Translations under genes and position numbers: made by a program
Shown here: positions 10,915-23,057 of the stretch, in pieces
Layout of the letters: each line of letters starts with the position of its first letter
Position numbering within the stretch: the stretch's first letter is position 1
The notes under the pieces: generated by a model
Database searches by the model: none
What the model was told of the DNA's origin: nothing
What the model saw: the letters and a program-made list of their open reading frames with translations, nothing else
NCBI GenBank assembly: GCA_028534125.1
Contig: CM052817.1
Location: 2,110,001 to 2,174,000 of the forward strand
Direction of reading: 5' to 3'
Length of the DNA: 64,000 nt
From: Lama glama
Taxonomy: Eukaryota

Positions 10915-13600
10915 GACTCTGCGGACTGGGGCTCCGGGTCCCTCCCGACGAGTCTGGCTGAGGGCGCCTTGATTCTGCACTCCTTTCCGAAGGATCGGCT
11001 CTCAGTTTCGTTGATCTTTTCTATTTTTTCAGTCTTGGTTTCATTTATTTCTGCTCTGATCTTTACGATTTCTTTCCTTCTACTAACTTTGGGTTTGTCT
11101 GCCTTTCTTTCGCTGATTCCTTTAAGCGAAAGGTTAGACTGTTTATTCAAGACGCGCATTTCCTGAGGCGGGCCCGCATCACGAGACTCCCTTCTCTGAG
11201 CTGCTTCTGCTGCGTCCCTGGATTTGGGCAAGTGCTCTTGTTTTTGTCTCCAAGACTTTTTGACTTTTCATCTCTCTGGCGATCCGCTGATTGTTTGGTA
11301 GTGAACTGTTTAGCCTCCACACGTCTGTTTTTTTCCTTGAAGTTATTTCCAGCCTCAGTGTTACGACTGGAAAAGACACTTGACATGACTTCAGTTTTCC
11401 TAAATTTACCAAGGCTTGCTCTGTGGCCTAGCATGGGACCTCTCCCGGCGAACGTTCCGTGCTCTTGAATGTGCATTCTGCTTTTGGATGGGATGTCCCA
11501 TGAACATCTAGAACGCTCATCTGGTCAATGTGCCTCGAGGGCTTCCTGCCTGGGGGTCTGTCCGTCCCTGTAAGTGGGGGGCTGGGGTCCCGCACTGTTC
11601 TCGGGTCACTGCCTCCTTCTACGCGCGTTTACTTGCTCCCAGGTTGGGTGTGCTCACGCTGACAGCTGCTCCATTTCTTCCTGGGTTGATCCCGTCAGGC
11701 AATGCCCACCCTTGCCTCTTGTTAGTCTTTGTTTGAAGTCGGTTTTGTCTGGTGCGAGTACCACTGCCCTGGTTGACCTCCAGTTGCGCGGGACACCTTT
11801 CCCCACGCTGTGCCGAGTCTCCACGTCTGCAGCGAGTCTCCTGCAGGCGGCAGGCGCGTGGCCTTGTTGCTGCGGTCGCTCAGCCGGTCTGCGTCCTCGG
11901 CTGCGGCCCTCAGTCCGCGTACGTCCGGTTACTGACAGGCGCGCACCTACTGCCGTTCTGTTAGTTGTTTCCTGGTGGGTTTGTAGCTCGTTTTGTTCTT
12001 GGCTCTCTTCCCTTGTGCTCTGGTGACTGTCTTCCCTGTTATGAATTCCTGCTCCTTTTTCGTGTGTCGGGCACTGTTGACAATCCCATCAAAAGTGATG
12101 TTTCCATCGTGCCTCGTGCTTCTCTGCTTCCTTCTGTCTCTCGGGGGCTCTTTGAGGGCTCTGATGATCAGGGCGGCAGCAGAAGGCACCATCCTCAATC
12201 TGGGTCTGTTTTGAATGGTTAGTTTCACTGGAATCCTCAGACCCTTTCAATCACCAATTGCCTTGGTGATGTCATCACACAGTCTGTTTTGGAGGCAGAT
12301 CCGGGGGGACCGATCTTGGCGGCCAAGGTGGATGTGGCACCGCCTTCCCCACCGGTGCACCTCAGGTACACGACTTTGCTCTCACTGGGGTTGAACTTAG
12401 GCGGCACGGTGGAGGGGGCTGGTGTCAGACGAACCCGGATCTGGGACGACCAAAGGAAGCTGCACCTTGGCCTCCTCCAAGCCAAAAGCCAAGCGCCTGC
12501 CACCGCTGGCTTTCAGCGCTCCTCCTAGTTGGTAGGTAGGTGAACGCTCTCCTGCCGTCACCGAGCACCTGCCTCCCCAGTGAGGTTTTTCCTTTCGTGA
12601 TTCTCGTTATTTTCAGTTGTGGTGTTCTCTTTTCCACGTGCACAGACAGCTCCCTCTATCGTGTCCTGGGAGGCCAGAAGCTCTTCCTGTCCCTCTGCTT
12701 CCCTGCGACAGCCCGCCCGTCCCCGGCACGCCCACGGGGGCCTCGCCGGGGCAGCGTTCGTGGTCGTAGGCAGCTTCCTTTCATCGCTCTGACCACCTCC
12801 CCCCCCCCGCCCCAGCCTGCAGAGCTCTCTGCTGAGAAGTAGCCGACAGCCTCACGGGGACTCCCTCGTATGTAACGCGCTCCCTTTCTCTTGCTGTTTG
12901 TAGGATTCTGTGTCTCTGACTCCTGCCCCTGTAGCTGCAGCGCGCCCTGCATGGGCCGCTGTGGGTTCGTCGTGCGGGGCTCTGCGCTGCCCGGGCCTGG
13001 GTCTGTTTTCAACTCTTACTTCTTTGGGTAAATCGCTCCTCTTGTCGTCCTTCTGGGACCCTTACACCTTGAAGGTTAGTGGCCTGACGCTGCCCCAGGT
13101 CCCTCAAACTGTCCTCACGAGCAGTCTCCCTTTTCTGTTCAGCCTGAGTGAGGGCCACGCCTCGCTTCCGCTCCTGTGTCCATTAGCGCACTGCTGACTC
13201 CTTGCAGCATGTCCTGCAGTTCAGGTATTGTGTCCTGCTGCTGCTGGTGTCCGCATGCATCTTCCAGCCGGTGGACTCCTCACTGACCGCCCACCCCTGC
13301 CCTGAGCTCACTGAGCATCGCTGTGACGCCAGCTCGACCTCCACAGCAGGCAGACTGCCCACCCCGCCTCTGCTGCGTCCTTCTGGGGTTTTATCTCGTT
13401 TGTTTGGAACACGTTCCTCTGTCTCCAGTGCCTAGTTCTGTGTTTATTTCTGTGCACGAGCCAGGTCGGCTGTTTCCCGATCTCGGGGAAGTGGTCTTAA
13501 CGTAGCAGGCATCCCTCAGGGCCCAGCAGCATGGTCCCGTCCAGTCACCAGAGCTTGCACTCTGGGGATGTCCCCTACATGGGCTGCGGGGGCCCTTCCG
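10915..13600 (-). mobile_element. L1 fragment (ORF1 remnant, inter-ORF spacer, ORF2 endonuclease), 3'-truncated, interrupted by the RPL12 retrocopy
   Basis: ORF-track peptides KPKVSRRKEIVKIRAEINETKTEKIEKINETESRSF and HGTFAGRGPMLGHRASLGKFRKTEVMSSVFS are L1 ORF2-like. 12820-12880 matches the ORF1 PIRLSADFSAE region. Boundaries approximate. Confidence 0.85.
12063..12493 (-). pseudogene. RPL12: RPL12 processed pseudogene (5'UTR plus N-terminal two thirds; start codon GTG, frameshifted, 3'-truncated)
   Basis: Intronless. Reads [34 protein letters not shown], then a frameshift near 12290, then [48 protein letters not shown]. Upstream ggaggaggccaaggtgcagcttcctttggtcgtccc matches the RPL12 5'UTR. 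ATG is replaced by GTG at 12407-12405. Confidence 0.93.
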
Positions 13601-13876
13601 CCGTGGTGGGCTGACTACCGTGCCTGTGTCATTCCAGAAGCAGCAAAAGACACCGACTTGTCTGCGGCTCCTCCCGCTTCTGTCCTGGTCACACGATGGC
13701 AGGAGGCCCAGGGCTCCGCTCTGCCTGAGGCCTTCCCCGAGCCCTCCTGGAGCCCTGCTGGCCGCACCCAGGAGCACAGGCCGGGCGGGAAGCCGGGGTG
13801 CTCTCAGCCAGAGCCTCCCCGGGGCTGCTCCCCGCCACCTCACTCCTCATGGAGCGCCAGTCCCTCCCACACACAC

Positions 13877-15090
13877 TTTTCTAATTGGAGTCTAGTCGGT
13901 TTACAATGTTGTTTCTGCTGCACGGCAGTGAGTCAGTTATACACATACACGTTCCTGTTCAGTACAGGCCGTCATGAGGAGTTCCCCGTGCTGTACTGCA
14001 GGACTTCGCTGTCTGTTTTACATAGAGACGCTTGTATCTGCTAATCCCAAATCCTAATTCATTCCTCCTCATTCTTTCCTCTCTGGTAACTGTAAGTTTG
14101 TTTCCTATGTGAGTCTATCTCTGTTTTGTAAATAAGTTCGTTTGTGTCCTTTTTAAAAATTAGATTCCGCATGTAAGTGATACCATATGGTGCTTTTCTT
14201 TCTCTTTCTGGCTTAGCTCACTTAGTATGATAATCTCAGGTCCATCCATGCTGCTGCAAATGGCGTTACTTTATTTTTTTGTGGCTGAGTAGTACTCCAT
14301 CATATAAATGTACCAGAGCTTCTTCATCCAGCCCTCTGCTAATGGACACTTCGTGCTTCCACGCCGACTATCGTGAGCAGTGCTGCTGTGAACAGTGGGA
14401 TGCGCGTGTCTTGTCGCATTAGAGGTCCCTCCAGATATGTGCCCAGGAGTGGGACGTATGGGTCATGTGCTAAGTCTATTCCTAGTCTTTTGAGGAATCT
14501 CCACACTGTTTTCCATAGTGGCTGCACCAAACTGCATTCCCACCAGCAGTGCAGGAGGCTCCCTTCTCTCCACAGCCTCTCCAGCATTTATCGCTTGTGG
14601 CCTTTCTCATGATGGCCACTCTGCCTGGTGTGAGGTGACACCTCATGTAGTTCTGATATGCGTTTCTCTGATGATTAGCGATCCGGGCATTTTTTCACGT
14701 ACTCCGCTGGCTGTGTGCATGTCTTCACGGGAGAACTGCTTCTTCAGGCCCTCTGCCCGTTCTTGGACTGGGCTGCTTTCTGTTACTGAGTCGTATGAGC
14801 TGTTTGTATATTCTGGAGGTTAATCCCTTGTCAGTCACATATTTACAAACATTTTCTCCCATTCTGTAGGTCGTCTCGTCTTGTCTTTTTTTACGGTGTC
14901 CTTGGTTCTGCAAAAGCTTGTAAATTCAGCTCAGGCCCCACTTGCTTAGTTTCGCTTTCCCGCCTGCCGCCCGGGCAGCCCGGCTGGGGCTCGCGTCAGG
15001 GACGCTCTGCCCGCGCGCTCTTCTGGGAGGGTTCTGGCGTCTTGTCTCACGTGGAAGACTCAGCCACCTGAGCTTCTCACACGCACTTCT
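13877..15090 (-). mobile_element. L1 3' end (ORF2 C-terminus plus 3'UTR), 5'-truncated
   Basis: ORF 14339-14587 contains [25 protein letters not shown], the L1 ORF2 cysteine-rich domain. Typical antisense 3'UTR spans 13877-14330. Confidence 0.9.
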
Positions 15091-16371
15091 TGACCGACGT
15101 GCCCTCGCCCTTGGTCAGGGAAGCCAGCGCACCCGCCCACCCGCACCCTTGCCTGTCACAGCGATTTCCCCTGCAGATTCTTGTATCGTGGTGTCAGTTT
15201 AAGATTGCGTGTCTCAACACGGGTTACCTGGCTTCTCTCCACTCCCCTCTGCCAAGTGCAGGAGCAGATCCACACACCCGTCCTTCTTGCTACTTCTACC
15301 TTCTTTTGTTTAAAAGTTTGATTTAGTCTTGAGTGAGAAGTGCGCCCCTGTAGTGCAGCCCAGCCCCTGCTTTCAGAGCTCCCTGTGCACGTGCAGCAGC
15401 GTCCCGTGCTGGTACCAGAGTGTCCACACTGCCTGCTGCCTCCTGTCCTCACTGAATCTCAACCAGAGGCCCATCTGCAGATGGGCCCCCTCACGCCTTA
15501 ATGCCTGGAACGTGCCCCGATTTGTGGGTTCACCATGAATGACTGTGGTAGGGTGGGCAGTGGCTATTTCCCACAGCCCTGCCAGGTCAGGTGCCCCCCA
15601 CCTCCCCTGTGAGGGGTGTTCCAGTTTAGGCTGTCCTACACCTCTGTGCATTGCCTGGGGTGCCAACATCACCCCACAGTGGAGCTGACGCCCCCATCTG
15701 GGGTAGCCATGAGCCCTGCTGAGCCATACACGAGGAGTGACCCCGCTTGGGCCAACTGTTGCTGCCCTGAGATGGTCCCTGCTTCCTATGGAACCAGGTG
15801 TGATGTCCACGAGCCCTAGACCGAGTTCTTGGGAAACCACTGCCACCTGCGTGCCCGACGGAGGCTCCAAAGGCACCTTAGGCAGCTGGCAGGAATTAAG
15901 GACACTCAGAACCAGGGCCTGGCTGCACATTCCAGGGCCAGGATACCAGTTGTGTGGCTGGAAGAGCCCGGCTCCAGGCCAGCCTGCCCCCACTGCCCAC
16001 ACCTCTTGCCCGGTCACCCAGCTGAGAGCACAAGTGCAGACAGGTGTCCTGGCCCTGAACAGGCCCAGAGATGGCTGGGGGTGGGGGGTGGGGAGCCCCT
16101 GTTCCCCAGCCCCCCAGAGTGATGGCCTAGCCCCAACCCCCTTCAGGGCTGTGCAGCCCCCTTGTGGAAGCAGGTGTGTGGCTGTATGCCTGAAGCCCCC
16201 ACCAAGATCCACAACGCTGGGACGATCGCCTTCCGTCTGCAGAAGGGAACCAAGGCTCAGGGAGGGGTGGCCAGGCGCACACATGGGGTCAGGGGGCTAG
16301 GGGCCGGCAGCCTGGCGAGGATGTAACCGTGGCAGGCCCGCCCCCCGGGAGGCCGGCCGGCGCGCACGCAC

Positions 16372-16548
16372 CTTGTAGCCCAGCTGCTTGGTCTTCTCCT
16401 CCAGCAGGGCGTACCTCTCCTTGTTCTGGCTGATGTGCTCCGGGTCACCGAAGCTCTCCACGTGCTTCAGCTTCTGATGGGAAATTTCCAGCTGCTTCTG
16501 ATAGTGGTTGTGCTTTTCAATCTTGGCTTCAAAGTGCTTAAGTTCTTC
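16372..16548 (-). CDS. LRPAP1: LRPAP1 exon 7
   Basis: ttattctag|GAA ... AAG|gtgcgt; 177 nt; EELKHFEAKIEKHNHYQKQLEISHQKLKHVESFGDPEHISQNKERYALLEEKTKQLGYK (my translation; not in the ORF track). Confidence 0.97.
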
Positions 16549-17967
16549 CTAGAATAACAATGAAACAACTGAATGTCCCCTGACACACTCGAACTCCCAT
16601 TTCAGGGTCCCTGATCAAATCTGACGTCTGTTTCAGAAGAGCACCGAGGGCAGACTGCACGCTTGGTCCCACTGGGGAACAGGGCTCAGCACAGGACAGC
16701 AGCAGCCCCCCACACCATCCCAGCTCACTGTGCGGCCCGCCGGGGACAGCTCCGGGTGCCGAGTGGGGGCAGCGGGCTCTGCTGCCCCGGCCGCCACGCG
16801 CTCGTGGAGCAGCTCGCGTGGGAACCACGAGCGCGCTTCCCTGTCAGAGACCCAGCCCGGACCTGACAGCTCCCTCCCGCCCCCAACGACCTCTGACCCC
16901 ACACCTCTGTGAACGGCACCTGCCAGGCATCTGGTTCTCTCTGGCCTGGACCCTGTGTCCAGCCTGAAATGTGGGCTTGAGCTTTACCCACCCCTCTGCG
17001 CACTGCCCCTCCTCCCTTCCACCCTACAGCCTCCTGTCCCGTCAGGAGCAGAAGGGACAAAATGACTGCCCTCCTGCCCGCTCCGCGCTCCTGGGTGACA
17101 CATCCCACCTCCAATCCCACTGCAGCCTTGAGGTGGGCTGTCACTGCCCCGGGCCTCAGTGTGGGGCTCCGTGTTCTGCCCAGGCCCGCGAGCCCACAGT
17201 GTGGGCCTTCTGAATGGCCTGAATTCTGTGAGGGCTCAGGATGGATGCCCACTTGGGACCTTCCCCGGACACATGTTGGCTGACCTAACGTGTCTCACCG
17301 AGCTGACACCCTCCTCAGGTCCCTCCGTGCTCCCAGCGGCCACACAGGGCAGCTCCCTCCCACCCTCCCGCCAACTCCCTGGCAACCACGGGCACACCAC
17401 TCCCGAGACCCCTGCTGGGCCTCCAGGGCCCCCCACCCTCCCCTAAGACCGCCCCCCTCCCTGCCCCAGGCACCCCAGGCCCACACCAGGTGCCTCCTGA
17501 ACAACTCAAGGGGCTTCAACTCCACAGGCCCCATGCGGAGCCCACTCCCCACCCCAGCAGCCCCGCGCCCGCACCCCCCTGATCCCCGACCCGCTGGCCT
17601 ATGCTGCCTCTGTCACAACAGGACCCACAGGAAGGCGATGCCCAGGTACCCCCAGACCCTTCCTTCCTCCAGGCCCAGCCCCGGGGCCCCCTGCAGGGTC
17701 CTAACGGCTCCTCTTCCAAATCCTTGTCCACCTGCTTGTTCCATAAAATCCTGCACCCCACACTGTCCACTCAGTGGAGGCCAGCTTTGTCTCACATGGG
17801 CTGCCAACCAGGACAGTGGAGGGACGCAGGGGTCAAGAGGAAAGCCCCTGGGAAAACACTGATCTGCGAGGACTGAGGAAGAAAACCTCCACCACGTCCC
17901 CAGAAAGTTCACCAGGAGAGGCTGCCAAATACTGTCACTGAGACGCCATCGCCTGGCGCCTCCTTAC

Positions 17968-18050
17968 CCGGAAGGACTCCAGCTCCTTCTCGGAGAAGTT
18001 GGCTGCCCTGGCCAGGTCCCAGAGGTCCATCACCCGTGGCTCCTCGAACT
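17968..18050 (-). CDS. LRPAP1: LRPAP1 exon 6
   Basis: ttctgcag|AG ... CGG|gtaagg; 83 nt; (E)FEEPRVMDLWDLARAANFSEKELESFR. Confidence 0.97.
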
Positions 18051-18895
18051 CTGCAGAACACAGGCAGGTCAGTGACACGCACGGCACCGGGGACGCCCAG
18101 GGCCACACGCGCCCGAGTGCACAGAGCATGTGTGTCTAAGCGTACATGTGCGTGACTGTGTGTGCGCACACAGTGTTGGTGTGCAGGTGTGTATTTGGTT
18201 TCTTCTGGAAGCAGACCGGGTACTCCCCACATGCATTCAGTCTGCAGTGTACGGGACCCAGCGGAATGGGGCCTCGGTGATGCCCCCACCCGCCCCTCGG
18301 TCAATCCGCTGCGCCCCAGGGTGCAGGAGTCCCACAAGTGAGCAGGGGGAGCTGGGGGGTACGAGGGGGAAAGGGTTGTGGGAGTCAAGATTGTGGGTGC
18401 CCCCACCTGCAGTTCCAGGCTAAGGCTCAGGCCACTGCCCATCCCGCTAGCTCTGAAGTGAAGCAAACCAGATGGAAGGGACCCCTTACCCTCGGCCAGT
18501 GCTCACAAGCCGACGCGGTGAGGGTGCCGGCCTCTCACCCACCTTCTGGAGGAGGCTGGGCACAAGTGGCCCTGGCTGCCTGCCCAGCACTGATCTCACC
18601 AGCTGCTCCACCTCCTCCCTCGGGGGACCCCCTCCTGCTGCCCAGGGCCGTGGGGCATTGCTGGAAGGACTCAGACTAGCAGGAGAAACCGAGCAGCTGG
18701 CTGGACGCAGCCCTGGTAGGGGCAGGGTGGAGGTCAGAAGTGCCCCCTGCTTCTCTGCATGGCCGGGGCCTCGGAGTCGTTGCTCCACAGTAGCTCAGTG
18801 GCTTCCCAGAGCGGCCCTCGAGGTGGCCCCATTCCCCCACCAGGAGCGCCTGCGGAGCAGGGGAGAGGGCACGTGGGGGACGGCCGCGAGCTCAC

Positions 18896-19054
18896 CGGCC
18901 TGGGCGCCGTAGCCCTGGTGGCTGACTTTCCGCAGGCGCTCGAAGCCCTGGCTCACGTCCCGCAGCTTGTCCTTCAGCTCGGCGTGTCTGCTCCGCAGCA
19001 CCTCCTCCTCGACGCGGGTCATGTCGGCAGCACTGACGACGTTTTCGTGAACTT
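18896..19054 (-). CDS. LRPAP1: LRPAP1 exon 5
   Basis: ttcccacag|AA ... GCCG|gtgagc; 159 nt; (E)VHENVVSAADMTRVEEEVLRSRHAELKDKLRDVSQGFERLRKVSHQGYGAQA. Confidence 0.97.
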
Positions 19055-19209
19055 CTGTGGGAACCGGAAGCAGGGCGCCCATGCATGAGAGCCCGGGCCT
19101 GGGACGGCAGCATGGAGCCTCGTCTAGATCTCACAAAGCAGCGGCCAGCTCCATTCTGGAACATTCTGGAGCCAGGGCTGCCCACAGGAGGGCCCGGGGC
19201 CTCACACAC

Positions 19210-19330
19210 CTTCTGTCCCGCTCAGGGTCTCCAGCAGGACATTGTACTCATGGACTTTGTCCTGGTAATGCTGGAACTCCCGCCACAGCCTGTCCAGATC
19301 TTCGCTGGAGAACTTCCCGGAGGTCTTCGC
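19210..19330 (-). CDS. LRPAP1: LRPAP1 exon 4
   Basis: gctttcag|GCG ... GAAG|gtgtgt; 121 nt; AKTSGKFSSEDLDRLWREFQHYQDKVHEYNVLLETLSGTE. Confidence 0.97.
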
Positions 19331-19567
19331 CTGAAAGCACAGTGGCCTTGGGTGAACACCCCGGTCGGCCATGCTCACCGTCCACATCCGGTGGGGGGAG
19401 AACCCCAGTTCTTGCCCCCAGTCAGTGTGGTCCAGACAGCATGTCCTGGACAGGAGCTGGTGGGCAAAGGAGAATGAAGCCTGAATCCCCACCTGGCCGG
19501 CACCCCCAACCAGGCGACCACGTCTTTCTTGAGTCATGGAACCTGCCCGTGGGATCAAACTAAATTA

Positions 19568-19777
19568 CAGATGACCCTGCAACATGGGTTTGAACCGCGT
19601 GCATCCATGTGCTTGTGTGCGGATATTTTCAAAGAACAAGGCAGTGTGCATGCTCGGCAGGTGGCTGAACCCGCAGGTGCAGAACCGCAGACACAGAGGG
19701 CAGACTAAGTTACACTCAAATTTTCAACCGTGTGGAGGATCAGCACCACTAAGCCCCGTATGTTCAAGGGTCAACTG
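19568..19777. mobile_element. Non-autonomous TcMar-Tigger DNA transposon (MER8/Tigger2-like)
   Basis: Terminal inverted repeats cagatgaccctgcaaca ... tgttcaagggtcaactg (consensus CAGTTGACCCTTGAACA), with TA on the left flank. Confidence 0.8.
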
Positions 19778-20057
19778 TCCAGGCACAAAGAGAAAAGAGC
19801 CGCTGGTTACACCACGAGCCCGTTTCTAACCACAGGTCATCCACACACCCCTAACACAGGAAGCTCTGACGGCCACACAGGAACCCCGGATGAGAGCAGC
19901 GAGTGTTCTGAACAGGAAAGACACGACCCCGGAGAAATGGGTACAGCCTCACAAAGAGAACACGTCCCAGTGGGACACCCCACACCGGGCCAGATGACAG
20001 GGCAGGGGTTAGCACAAGGGCGCGCATCCCTGGGGTGGCGGACGGTGCCCTTGGTAC

Positions 20058-20182
20058 CTTGTGCCACAGCTTCTCCAGCCGAGGGTCCTCCAGGCTGTCG
20101 TCCTGGGCGTCGTGGCTGAGGAAGTTGCTGCTCACAGCCCGGGCATCCTTCCTCCCGTCCAGACCGTACTTGGCCAGGATGA
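20058..20182 (-). CDS. LRPAP1: LRPAP1 exon 3
   Basis: ctctcctag|TC ... AAG|gtacca; 125 nt; (V)ILAKYGLDGRKDARAVSSNFLSHDAQDDSLEDPRLEKLWHK. Confidence 0.97.
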
Positions 20183-22912
20183 CTAGGAGAGAGTGGGAGG
20201 CGGTCACTAGCAGCGGTGCCCCAGCCCGGGGGCCACAGGGCCCTGCTGACTTCGGCACTGGCCTCCACCCCCGGCTTTCCTGGCCACTTGGGACCTGGTG
20301 GAAGGAGCGTGAACAAATCTCGGGCTGCCGCTCTACTGACGCGTCCAGGTCTCGGGGACACCCCCAACACACACCAGCCCGGCCCCTCCACCCCGACTGC
20401 AGTGGAGCCTGTGCGGTTCGGGCGGGATGGGGCTGTCACCCAATGGACCATCTCTACAGACCAGCTTCCCGGTGTTCAAAACTGAAACTTGCAGCCTGCT
20501 TCTGTCAGGGGGCCAATCCAGTGAGCAAGAGGGCGGCAGTTCACTGAGTGGACGGGGCAGGGGCCGGGGCAGCTTTTCCACAACCCAAAACATATTTGTA
20601 TTTGAAGGAAAACACTTTCTAAAGGTGAAACCCCCATGTCCGTGCTTTCAGTGCAAAGCCACCAGCAGCAGCCGGAAAGGACAGCAGCTCCGGCCTACTG
20701 GCCAGACGACGGGGTGGCGACGGGGTGTCGTTTCTCAGGAACCCTCAGGACCCGGCGCCCACCCACAGCCTCTGCATCTCAGACCCCGACGTCACCAGCA
20801 CAGCGCGGGGCAGGGTTCCTGGGCCTACACTGGGACGGGGGTCCTGCCCGGGATGGTCCTGCCTTCCCAGTGCTTCCTCCCATGCCCCACCTGCCTCCTT
20901 AGCTGGGAGTGGGTCTGACCCAGCCCCCTGATCTGAAGGGACACAGGTCCTCCAGATAGCAGATACGAACCACTGTCCCCTCCACGGCCGCACCCTGGGC
21001 CTCTCCCAAGCTCCCCATCCTGTCTTCCCCAGGAACTGGGCACAGGGCTTCCCTTCCCCCTGCACCCCATCCCTGGGGTCCTCATCTAAGCAGTGGCCCC
21101 TGACCCTTGACCTCCAGCCCCTCCTCTGGACTTTACCCCAATAGGTGGTGGACGCAAGTAGCGCCTGCAGCCCACCTGTGCAGCCTCCACATCCAGCTCC
21201 TCGCCCTGGGGCCCCACGGCCCTGCCCGGCCTAATCTTGGCTTTTGGGGTTTCACTTCTCTGCCTACACTGCCTGCACCTCGGAACTCACTCTCCCGGAT
21301 GCTTAGACCAATGGAATGAGCTGTGAAATGTGTATGTTCTTAGCGTCCAGTCTGTGCTTTCCCTAAACGTAAAAAAGCAGACCGTGGTCCTCGCCCTAAA
21401 CTGCAGAAGCCCCCCCCACACTGAGTGATGGACGCTGCCTGGGGCAGGGCCTTCAGGGGAGATCACAAAATCCATCACACCCTGAGACTGAGACCAGCAT
21501 CTTACCACGTGTAACTTATACCCTAAAACTATCTGGAAAAAAGGCTACTGGATGTCCCGGCCCAGAGAGCTGGGGCCTGGCACTGCCTCCGAGGCCCATG
21601 CAGCGGTCATCCTGGCCAGAGTCCCGGCCTTGCATCACTAGTGCAGAAAGGAGCCCCGGGCTTGGCAACCCCAACCCACCCGGAATGACCCCAGTGGCCC
21701 TGAGCCTGGCGGGGAGAAGCACTGGGCTGTCCAGGTCCTCGAGCCAGTGCCTGCAGCCAGCAGAAGGCAGAACCAGCAGGCAAGGCAAGGCACACGAGTC
21801 TTGGGGTGCACTCGGCAGCCCCAAGCCCAGCCTCCCCTGTTTCCAGGAAAGGTTGAACCCCTGGAGTGCACTCCATGGGGCGGCCCAGCCCAGGGTGTGA
21901 GGCTGCAGAGCAGAAAGGGCAGGACCCGTCTCCTCAGGACTCAACTGGGTGGGCTGAGTGTGCCGGCAAGACCTCGGTCGGGAATAGGCAGATCCTGCGG
22001 AGTTTGTCCCTCCAGTGTGGGGGCACACCAGGGCGAGCGCCGTCAGGGCCCAGGACAGGCCCGGTCACGCTCGGGTCCTGGTCTGGATGCTGTACTACTC
22101 GGCATCTGCCTTGAAAATGGCGTGGGGTGGGGGAGGGCACCGAGGGGATGGCAGACGGGGTCCTGTGGACCACATCAAGAAGACGGCCAGCCACTCGGTG
22201 AACAGTCCCGCAGAACGGACACTCAGACGGCCTGCCTCAGCACTCCAGCTCCTTCCAGGCTGGCTGAGGTCACCCAGGCGCCCACAAAGGAACCAACGTC
22301 ACCCACAAGACCTGTGACAGGAACCTGGACACTGTCTGGGCTGGAAGCTGCTCCCAGGAGGACAGGGTCTGGCAGTGAGAGTCCAGGTGAAGGTGTCATT
22401 GGGAGGGAGCTGACCACTGGCTATCTCTCTGTGCCCCCTGTGCGCCTCCATCTCACAGCCCCAGGCCACCTGGAGTGCACAGGGATCCTGAGACGGTGGG
22501 TGGACTCTGGGCCCGACTGCTCGCACCCCGTGTGGAGCAGCACCAGGCTTGGTTCGGCGAGGGCTCTGCTCTTCACCGGGTGGACTAGGGCCTGGGACAC
22601 CCCTACTTTCTCTTCCACGTGACCGCAGGCACCTGGCCACCCCTGGCTGCCTCCCTGGACCAGGCAGCTCTGGGCTTTTGGCTGCTTGCGCGTTAACGCG
22701 GCCGGACACCCTCGCCCCGGCCCTCGCGCTCGCTGGCCGAGAGCCCTCAGAGGACAGCCCGGCGGCTGCGCCTGCTTATAGCCGAGGGCCGCTCTGCCGA
22801 GGACGGGCTCACGAGGAGGGGCTACCTCTCGTCCTGCCCACAAACCAGAGACAGAACGAGATGTGGGGCTGAGCTAGGAGCCCGCTTCCCTCGGTGAAAC
22901 ACAGAGAGGTAC

Positions 22913-23057
22913 CGTTGAGACTGCGGATAAGCTTTGCCTCCTTCTCCCCATCTTCATCCAAGCCCTCAGCCTTCAGCTTCTTCCACTTGAATTCGTCCCG
23001 CTCTTGTATCTTTAGGTCGGCATGGAGCTCAGACAGCTTCACAGGAGTAAGGCCCAG
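22913..23057 (-). CDS. LRPAP1: LRPAP1 exon 2
   Basis: ttgtcccacag|CTG ... AACG|gtacct; 145 nt; LGLTPVKLSELHADLKIQERDEFKWKKLKAEGLDEDGEKEAKLIRSLN. Confidence 0.97.

Noticed and set aside
15373..16284. 303-aa ORF in LRPAP1 intron 7, and similar 150-290-aa ORFs across the window
   Set aside because: No homology recognised, overlapping ORFs in all frames, GC-driven stop depletion.
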